Assembly (NCBI GenBank): GCA_027064305.1
Contig: JAMOPY010000026.1
Span: 1-11,844 of the forward strand
Source: Methanobacteriota archaeon
Lineage (GTDB): Archaea > JAADCQ01 > Methanopyri > Methanopyrales > Methanopyraceae
DNA: 11,844 bases
Reading direction: 5' to 3'
Shown here: one piece after another, positions 6,204 through 11,844 of the stretch
Layout of the letters: the number at the start of each line of letters is the position of its first letter
Position numbering within the stretch: position 1 is the first letter of the stretch
Position numbers and translations under genes: made by a program
The notes under the pieces: generated by a model
The model's input: only the letters and a program-made list of their open reading frames with translations
Database searches by the model: none
What the model was told of the DNA's origin: nothing

Positions 6204-6977
6204 CTACACGTTCGGGATCTTACGGTCCCACTTCGGCTCCTTGAGGAGCTTCTGGCCGTACACCCTTCGGCGCCGCTCCGGACTCATCCGGAGCAGCTCC
6301 CGAACCAGCTCCGGCGCGTCCTTCGGCTGGACCCGCAGGCTCGGGTTGAGCCGGGGTGTCCCCACCACCCCGTGCACGTCCACCGGGATCACGCCCAGGT
6401 ACTCCCCGCTGCCCATGTCGAACGAGGCGGCGAGGCCCAGGCTGGCCTCCCCGCGCAGCAGGGTCCGCTGCACGGCCTCGAACCCGCACACGTACTCCCG
6501 CACCGAGGGTTCCACGATCTCGTACCCTTGCATCTCCAGGATCTCCCTCAGCTCCTTGTCGTGCCGACGGGCCGCCCCGCACCGGCGCTCCGGCATCACG
6601 ATCCTCCGGGTCCCGCGCGCCTCCGGGACGGGCTCGGTCTCACCCGGCTCCTCCTCCTTCACGTCCGGGAACAGCTCGAACACCCGATCGATGGTCTCCT
6701 CCGGGCCGCCGACGACCAGCACGTCGTCCCCTGGCCGCGCCCTCACCAGCTGCACCACCCAGGGCGTGATGCACGTGGAGGACAGGCACCCCTCCGGGGT
6801 TACCGTGCCCGTGATCGCGTTGCCGTTCACGCTCGTCTTGAAGCCGATCAGCCGCTTCAGCTCGAAGTGCAGGTGCATGGGGGCGTGACCGGTCCGGAAC
6901 ACGTAGATCCGGTCCGGCTCCCCCATGAACAGCCACCGTGGGTCCAGCTCGTCGGTCGCGTCCACGAACACCGTCAA
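6204..6977 (-). CDS. Hypothetical protein (257 aa), possibly a degenerate alpha-D-phosphohexomutase-like fold
   Basis: TTG at 6977 overlaps the DUF1786 stop (TTGA) and host-like composition begins there. By eye, ITPWVVQLVR, RRIVM....GAA, LEMQGYEIV and ASLGLAASFD...EYLGVI resemble PMM/PGM segments, but the catalytic motifs are absent. Confidence 0.7.
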   Translation of the reverse strand: MTVFVDATDELDPRWLFMGEPDRIYVFRTGHAPMHLHFELKRLIGFKTSVNGNAITGTVTPEGCLSSTCITPWVVQLVRARPGDDVLVVGGPEETIDRVFELFPDVKEEEPGETEPVPEARGTRRIVMPERRCGAARRHDKELREILEMQGYEIVEPSVREYVCGFEAVQRTLLRGEASLGLAASFDMGSGEYLGVIPVDVHGVVGTPRLNPSLRVQPKDAPELVRELLRMSPERRRRVYGQKLLKEPKWDRKIPNV

Positions 6978-8041
6978 CGCCCGGCGGCCCCGGTCAGGTA
7001 CATCGCGGGCCCGTAGGCCGGGATCATCCGGTCCGGAACCCCTCGGGGCTCCCGGCCCAGCCCGAACTCGGAGCGCCGGGGACCCATCCCGATCACCTCC
7101 TCCACCTCGTCCCACCCCATCGGGGCGACGTTGCAGCACCCGTGACCGCCGTCCCGGTACACCTCCTCGTTGCTCAACCGCCCCTCCACGAACGCCCGGA
7201 CCTGCTCCTCGAACCGGGACCGGTCGAGCTTCCGCGAGTGGTGCTCGTACACCCCCACCACGCGCTCATCCTCGAACAGGAAGGCCGTCACGTGACCCGT
7301 CCCGTAATCGATCACCAGCAACCGCTCCGCCTCCGACTCCACCCGCCCCAGCATGGCGACCGGCAGCTTCGAGTCCATGACCAGCGGCTCGACCCCGATC
7401 CGCTCCAACTCCTCGTAGGCCGCCCGCAGCCTCGGGAAGCTCCTGGGAGGACGCTCCCGGAACACCATTTCCTCGGGCCGGCACCCGCCCTCTCCCAGGT
7501 ACCTCCGGAACAGCCGCTCGAACCGGTGCCGCCGGTTGGACTCGTAGTCCGGGTGGTACCCGTGATCCTGCACGCACGCCGCCACCCACCGCAGATCCTC
7601 CAGCTCCACCCCCTCCCCCTCCAGGAACCCGAGCAGCCGGCGCGCGCGGAAGTCGTAGGTCTCGATCGTCCTCACCCCGTCCGGCAGCCCTTCCCGACCC
7701 TCGACCAGCTCCAGTCCCTCCATCCGTCGCAGCTCCTCCACGTCGTTGCTCAGGGTGAGCGCGGCGGGCAGCTCCGCGTAAACCCTCGTCCCGGACTCCA
7801 TCAACCGGCGGAGCTCCCGGGTGAAGGGCCCACCGCCCATCGGCCGGCCCACCAGCCCGAGCACCTCCGGCGGGGACCCTCGGAGGCGGCGCAGCCGCCG
7901 GGCCAGCACCGAGGTCCTTGAGGGTAGCACGAGCCGCGCCGAGTACTCCGGATCACCCGTGTAGGCGACCACGTCCGTCGTGCCCACGCCCACGTCGATC
8001 ACGACGCACTCGGCGCTCCACGGGGGGGACGCGGGTTCCAC
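6974..8041 (-). CDS. DUF1786 family protein (ASKHA / actin-like ATPase superfamily)
   Basis: IDVGVGTTD, G.PMGGGP, AALTL, VQDHG, SNR..RF, VMDS, VIDYGTGH, GVYEHHS, LSNEEVY.DGGHG, GPRR. GTG start with SD GGAGG shortly upstream. Confidence 0.87.
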   Translation of the reverse strand: MEPASPPWSAECVVIDVGVGTTDVVAYTGDPEYSARLVLPSRTSVLARRLRRLRGSPPEVLGLVGRPMGGGPFTRELRRLMESGTRVYAELPAALTLSNDVEELRRMEGLELVEGREGLPDGVRTIETYDFRARRLLGFLEGEGVELEDLRWVAACVQDHGYHPDYESNRRHRFERLFRRYLGEGGCRPEEMVFRERPPRSFPRLRAAYEELERIGVEPLVMDSKLPVAMLGRVESEAERLLVIDYGTGHVTAFLFEDERVVGVYEHHSRKLDRSRFEEQVRAFVEGRLSNEEVYRDGGHGCCNVAPMGWDEVEEVIGMGPRRSEFGLGREPRGVPDRMIPAYGPAMYLTGAAGR

Positions 8042-8624
8042 GGAACTCCTCCCCCCGCATCGCCCGAAGCAGGTCCACCCGGCTCGCGGCGCTGACGACC
8101 CGCAGCTCCACCCCCTCCTTTAACGCTACCCGCGGCGCCCACGGGTCGACGGCGGTCCACCGACCCTCCAGCTCCCCGGCCGGCACCTCCCGCAGCACCC
8201 GTCCCCGCTCGTCCAGCACGCCCGGCACGTCCTTGGCGTAGACCACCCGCTCGGCGCCCACCCGCCCCGCGACCCAGGCGGCGATGGCGTCGGACGTCAC
8301 GTCCCACGAGTGCGGCAGCGGGTCCCGCTCCCGCAGCACCCGGTACGGCAGCAGCACCGACTTCCCCTCCACCCGGAGATCCTCGGTGCAGGGCAGATCC
8401 AGGAGCTCGGAGAGCACCAGGCCGAGCTGATCCATGGCCAGGATGGCGGCCCAGTGCGCCGCCTCGTCGGAGAACCCGAGCTCTCGCTGCGCCCGCCGAA
8501 CCGCGTCCGAGAACCGCCAGCCCCCGGGCACCACCAGCAGCTCTCCCTCGAAGTCCCGAACGGCCTCCCGCACGACCCCGGCGTGCTTGACGACGCCCGT
8601 GCCGGCCTTGAGCACCACCCTCAA
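7953..8624 (-). CDS. mfnE: Amino-acid-kinase family protein, MfnE-like ([5-(aminomethyl)furan-3-yl]methyl phosphate kinase)
   Basis: VVLK, VVPGG..F.DAVR, AAHWAAILAMDQ, LPHSWDVTSDAIAAWVA, KDV.GV, VDP. TTG 8624 overlaps the upstream stop (TTGA). Same gene run as mfnA. The 3' end overlaps DUF1786 by 89 nt. Confidence 0.75.
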   Translation of the reverse strand: MRVVLKAGTGVVKHAGVVREAVRDFEGELLVVPGGWRFSDAVRRAQRELGFSDEAAHWAAILAMDQLGLVLSELLDLPCTEDLRVEGKSVLLPYRVLRERDPLPHSWDVTSDAIAAWVAGRVGAERVVYAKDVPGVLDERGRVLREVPAGELEGRWTAVDPWAPRVALKEGVELRVVSAASRVDLLRAMRGEEFRGTRVPPVERRVRRDRRGRGHDGRGRLHG

Positions 8625-8839
8625 CGCGACGCCAACCCTTCGAGCTTCTGGCGAAGGATGCGAACGTCGGTGCGCTCGGTCTCGTCGTCGGAGCGCTCCT
8701 CGTACCTCCGGAGCTCCCTCAGCGCGCACTCCACGTCGTCGCAGCGCTCGTAGATCTCCTCCACGATCTCACGGGCCCGCCCGGCGTCCTCCAGGTAGGG
8801 ACGGGCCTCCACGTAGGCCAGCATCAGGAGGTCCCTCAA
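8621..8839 (-). CDS. Small charged helical hypothetical protein (about 67-72 aa)
   Basis: LAYVEARPYLEDAGRAREIVEEIYERCDDVECALRELRRY...DVRILRQKL. Host-like codon use; fills the gap, and its stop is coupled to the next start. Start TTG 8839 or ATG 8824. Confidence 0.7.
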   Translation of the reverse strand: MRDLLMLAYVEARPYLEDAGRAREIVEEIYERCDDVECALRELRRYEERSDDETERTDVRILRQKLEGLASR

Positions 8840-9272
8840 CCCGCTCGAGGACAACGTCCCGCACCACCCTGATCACCATCCTCGCCGCCTTCCTCGCCTC
8901 CCCGGACATGCGCTCCCCGGGGCCCACGCGAATGGGGGCGAACCCGATCAACAGCCGCACGTTCAGCCGGGCCAGCCCGATCCGGTGGCCGTCGATCCAC
9001 CACTCGGGCTCCGGATCCCGAACGACGGCGACCGTCCCGGGCTCGAACCCGCCCACCACGGAGTCAACCAGCACCACCGGGTCGTCGCTCGGTGGGAGCC
9101 TCTCCAACCAGACCCCAGCCGGGACGGCCCGGAACCCCGGCGCCCGGAGCGGGGCGAGCCGTCGGGCCACGTAGTACCCGAACGCGTCGTCGCCGGAGGC
9201 GGGGTTGCCCAGGCCCACCAGGGTGAACCGGTCGGGCAGCGACCGCCGAAGCGTCTCCCTCAGCCCCCGCAC
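8769..9272 (-). CDS. [NiFe]-hydrogenase maturation protease (HycI/HybD, peptidase A31 family)
   Basis: LVGLGN...GDDAFG..VARRL, VVLVDS...G.EPG.V, His in DGH.IGL, LLIG..P....PGE.MS. GTG start with GGTGAGG SD. Confidence 0.82.
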   Translation of the reverse strand: MRGLRETLRRSLPDRFTLVGLGNPASGDDAFGYYVARRLAPLRAPGFRAVPAGVWLERLPPSDDPVVLVDSVVGGFEPGTVAVVRDPEPEWWIDGHRIGLARLNVRLLIGFAPIRVGPGERMSGEARKAARMVIRVVRDVVLERVEGPPDAGLRGGPSLPGGRRAGP

Positions 9273-10387
9273 TCCCTCACCACCCGGGCCACCAGGCGCA
9301 GGAACTCGGTGACGCGGTCCGCCGTCAGGTGCGGCATCATCACGATCCGGACGCCGAGCGGGTTGGAGGAGATCGACACCTTCCAGCCGTGCCGCTCGGC
9401 CTCCTCGAGCAGCCTCTCGGCGGCGTCCCTCCCGTTCAGCAGCACGTTGGCCAGGTTCAGGTGCGGCGGGTCCACGGCCGGCTCGAGCCCGAGGTCCTTG
9501 GCCGCGTCCACGACCCTCAGGGTCTCCCTGTAGCAGGCGAGGGCGATGCGCTCGTACCCTTCCTCACCCAGGGTCAGGATGTTCGCGTACAGGGCCAGGA
9601 CCGGGGCCCCGGGCCGGGTCCCGACGATCGTGAACTGGCGCGAGCCCCCGCCGGAGAGGTACGGGGCGTGGACCTCGATCTCGCGCGGGAGCTCCCCGTC
9701 CCGGAAGATGATCCCGCCGGCGGGGGGCGGGACGAGGCCCATCTTGTGCGGGTCCACGGTGACGGAGGTGACGCCCTCCAGGTCGAACCCGAACCTCGGC
9801 AGGTCCCGGTACCGCCGCAGGAACGGGGCCACGAACCCGCCGAACGCCGCGTCCACGTGGAGCGGGATCCCGCGGTCCTCGGCGACGTCGGACAGGGCCT
9901 CCACGTCGTCCACGGACCCCGTCTCGGTGGTCCCCACGATCCCGACGATCAGGGCGGTGTCGCGGGTGATGAGGTCCTGAACGGCGTCCACGTCCACCCG
10001 GTACTCCTCGTCCACGGGCGCCTCGACCAGCCGCATCCGGAGCATGCGGGCCGCCTTCTCGAAGGAGAAGTGCCGGGTCTCGGGCACGATGATCTCGCGC
10101 CCGCCCGTCGCCTCCCGGGCGGCGTAGGCGGCCAGCACGTTGGCCTCGGTGCCGCCGGAGACGATGGCCCCCACGGCCTCCTCCGGGGCAGGGTGGTCGA
10201 GTAGGACCCGCGCCATCCACCGGACGCACTCGCGCTCCGCCTCGGCGGCGTTCGGAAACAGGTAGGGGTCGCCCAGGTTCACGTGCAGGGCCTCGCGAAA
10301 GACCCGGCGGGCGACGGGGTGGGGCTCCGTGCACATCGATCCCAGCACGGTCCCGTCCGAGTATCGGGAGTCACGCTCCAGGATCAC
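9260..10387 (-). CDS. mfnA: PLP-dependent L-tyrosine/L-aspartate decarboxylase (methanofuran and CoA precursor synthesis)
   Basis: LGSMCTEPHP, NLGDP.LFP, SGGTEAN, HFSFEKAA, GTTETG.VD, HVDAAFGG, PLP lysine in TVDPHKMG, GTRPG, RIVMMPH. GTG 10387 overlaps the upstream stop (GTGA); 375 aa. The track's 10879 start is a shadow extension. Confidence 0.95.
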   Translation of the reverse strand: MILERDSRYSDGTVLGSMCTEPHPVARRVFREALHVNLGDPYLFPNAAEAERECVRWMARVLLDHPAPEEAVGAIVSGGTEANVLAAYAAREATGGREIIVPETRHFSFEKAARMLRMRLVEAPVDEEYRVDVDAVQDLITRDTALIVGIVGTTETGSVDDVEALSDVAEDRGIPLHVDAAFGGFVAPFLRRYRDLPRFGFDLEGVTSVTVDPHKMGLVPPPAGGIIFRDGELPREIEVHAPYLSGGGSRQFTIVGTRPGAPVLALYANILTLGEEGYERIALACYRETLRVVDAAKDLGLEPAVDPPHLNLANVLLNGRDAAERLLEEAERHGWKVSISSNPLGVRIVMMPHLTADRVTEFLRLVARVVRECGG

Positions 10388-11181
10388 ACGTACTCGATCC
10401 GGTACTTCACACCCCTCTGATCCGCCTTCCTCTTCGCCCGATGCAGCATGGGGGAGGAGAGTACCACCAGCACCCTCAGCCCCTTCGCGGCGGCGATGAG
10501 GGCCCCGTTGATCACCCCGAACTTCAGGTCCGGTTCCACCTCCAGCATGTTCAGCGCGGCCCGGGCGGTCGTGCCCGCCGCACCGATCAGGTCGTAATCC
10601 TCCTCCTCGATCAGCCGCTTCAGCTTCTCCAGGTCGGCCTTCCTCGTCCCGCCCTCGCGGGCGCTCGGCACGCATACGAACACCACCTCCCCGCGCTCGA
10701 GCCCCGGGATCTCTCCCTCGATATTCGTGACGGGGACGTCCTGCCCCTCCTTCGCGTCCGCCTTCGCCACCGCCCGGGCCGTCGTCTTCCGGCTCTTGGA
10801 CGCGTACAGGAGTCCGTTCTCCATGTACAGGTACACCGTGTCCCCCTCCTCGATGTCCTCGGCGGCGATGGCCGCCCACGTCATCCGGCGCCCCAGCTCC
10901 TCCGCCACCCGGGTGGAGAACCGGCGGATGTTGTTCACGGCCTCCATCGCCCGCTCCGCGCCCCGGTTCGTGAGCGCGTACTCCGCCCGGCCGCGCTTCT
11001 CCACGTAGCCCTCCTCGACGAGCTCCTTCACGTAGTTGTGCACGGCCTGCAGCGAGACGCCCAGCTCCTCCCCGATCTCGCCCAGGTGCACCCGGGGCTG
11101 CTTCAGACCGATGTAGGCGAGGATCAGCGTCCTCATCAGCTCCCGACGGTCCTTCAACTCCTCGGGCACGGAAACCTCCAA
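10384..11181 (-). CDS. Archaeal winged-HTH transcriptional regulator (COG1497-like)
   Basis: N-terminal wHTH (EIGEELGVSLQAVHNYVKELVEEGYV...GRAEY.LT..G), then AIAAEDIEEGD.V.L.M.NG.LYA, A...A..G.DV, P....GG.R and AA.KGL.V.V. Confidence 0.85.
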   Translation of the reverse strand: MEVSVPEELKDRRELMRTLILAYIGLKQPRVHLGEIGEELGVSLQAVHNYVKELVEEGYVEKRGRAEYALTNRGAERAMEAVNNIRRFSTRVAEELGRRMTWAAIAAEDIEEGDTVYLYMENGLLYASKSRKTTARAVAKADAKEGQDVPVTNIEGEIPGLERGEVVFVCVPSAREGGTRKADLEKLKRLIEEEDYDLIGAAGTTARAALNMLEVEPDLKFGVINGALIAAAKGLRVLVVLSSPMLHRAKRKADQRGVKYRIEYV

Positions 11182-11185
11182 CCCG

Positions 11186-11617
11186 TCACTCCCCCTCCGT
11201 CGACACGACCGTCAGCCGGGCCTGCTCCACGCCCTTGATCCCTCGGATCCGCTTCGCCACCTCCGCGATGCGCTCGCCCGGGCCCTTCATGAGCAGGATC
11301 TCCAGGCACCTCTCGTCCGAAACGTGCACGTGGAGCGTGGTGATGATCACGTCCGTGAAATCGTGCTGCACCTTCACCAGCTCCGGCTCCGCCCGCTCGT
11401 GACGGTACACGTAGGAGAGGACGCCGTAATACTCCCCCTTCAACCGATCCGTCCACTCGATGCGCTGTAGGTACTCCCTCAACGCCTGCCGGAAGATCTC
11501 CGAGCGACTCGCGAAGTACCCGGACGCGATCAGCTCGTTCACCCGCTCCAGGAGGCCCTCCGGCACCGTGACCGAGGTGCGCACCAGGTTCTCCTCGGAC
11601 CGGCCCGAACGCTCCAC
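11186..11617 (-). CDS. nikR: Nickel-responsive transcriptional regulator NikR
   Basis: RHH domain (RTSVTVP..LL......GY..SRSEIFR.ALR) and ACT-like domain with Ni ligands in QHDF...TLHVH....CLE; LMKG. GTG start with SD GGGGGTG at 11631-11625. Confidence 0.95.
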   Translation of the reverse strand: MERSGRSEENLVRTSVTVPEGLLERVNELIASGYFASRSEIFRQALREYLQRIEWTDRLKGEYYGVLSYVYRHERAEPELVKVQHDFTDVIITTLHVHVSDERCLEILLMKGPGERIAEVAKRIRGIKGVEQARLTVVSTEGE

Positions 11618-11649
11618 GCTCGAGCACCCCCGGCGCGCCCCACCCTTGG

Positions 11650-11666
11650 GTAATACTTAGTAACAC
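11650..11666. promoter_or_regulatory. Candidate regulator (NikR-like) half-sites GTAATAC / GTAACAC in direct repeat
   Basis: GTAATAC at 11650-11656 and GTAACAC at 11660-11666 (10-bp period), in an AT-rich patch between the TATA-like element and the nikR SD. Confidence 0.45.
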
Positions 11667-11676
11667 CAGCCGGTGG

Positions 11677-11844
11677 TCACCACCTTTTAATCGCTTCGAG
11701 GCTGGTCAGCGCCATCAGGGTCGCCAGCTCGCACAGGTCCTCCCGCAGCACCAGACCGGAGGAGAGGACCCCCACGGCGCCCGACCGCCGACCCACCTCG
11801 CTCACCCCGGCGAGCTCGGAGAACGCCTCCCCCACCTCCTCCCC
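11677..11844 (-). CDS. yjjX: Inosine/xanthosine triphosphatase (YjjX/DUF84 family), 3' part
   Basis: Not in the ORF track. Manual translation ...GEEVGEAFSELAGVSEVGRRSGAVGVLSSGLVLREDLCELATLMALTSLEAIKRW* matches the YjjX C-terminal pattern G.ELG......G......+.GAIG.L+.G.+.R..L...A...AL. Confidence 0.75.
   Translation of the reverse strand, partial: GEEVGEAFSELAGVSEVGRRSGAVGVLSSGLVLREDLCELATLMALTSLEAIKRW
11684..11699 (-). promoter_or_regulatory. Putative BRE/TATA promoter for nikR and downstream genes
   Basis: Minus strand TCGAAGCG-ATTAAAAG, about 70 nt upstream of the nikR start. Strongest AT-rich element in the window. Confidence 0.55.

Noticed and set aside
10388-10879. 539-aa MfnA with a long Gly/Arg-rich N-terminus, or a regulator-MfnA fusion
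   Set aside because: Shadow frame of the HTH regulator. A clean GTGA stop/start overlap explains the junction.
144-11666. Many long alternative-frame and antisense ORFs (e.g. 144-1145, 577-2406, 4419-5942, 6938-7921, 9329-10204, 10441-11238)
   Set aside because: Arg/Gly/Pro/His-rich or Ser/Thr-rich shadow translations of recognisable genes, expected from high GC and codon bias. They have no family motifs.
1-11844. tRNA, rRNA, CRISPR array, IS element, selenocysteine read-through
   Set aside because: The only sizeable intergenic gaps (99-212, 11618-11676) show no cloverleaf or repeat-spacer pattern, there is no transposase, and every TGA stop falls at or beyond the expected protein end. A small C/D-box RNA in 99-212 cannot be excluded without a covariance search.

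Overview
GC-rich archaeal window whose gene content and Glu-rich proteins point to a hyperthermophilic methanogen, most likely Methanopyrus (inferred from recognisable homologues, not from a search). It is almost entirely coding, in three blocks. (1) Leftward: the 5' end of a stand-alone mtrF and a DUF126/AcnX small subunit (phosphomevalonate dehydratase small subunit-like). (2) Rightward: DUF512-type radical SAM protein, cofD, a SagB-type nitroreductase with an N-terminal hydrophobic helix, a HemK-like methyltransferase and cutA. (3) A long, tightly coupled leftward run: 3' end of a YjjX-type ITPase/XTPase, nikR, a COG1497-like HTH regulator, mfnA, a hydrogenase maturation protease, a small helical ORF, an MfnE-like kinase, a DUF1786 ASKHA protein, an orphan resembling a catalytically dead phosphohexomutase, a SirC-like dehydrogenase and a PurM/HypE-fold protein. 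I see no RNA genes, CRISPR arrays or mobile elements, and most long ORFs in the track are GC-shadow ORFs. The best leads are a possible NikR-controlled nickel/cofactor operon containing several uncharacterised enzymes, the pseudo-phosphomutase, the nitroreductase coupled to cofD, a C7 tract that could fuse the kinase to DUF1786, and a divergent junction with no visible promoter and a possible ATC start.
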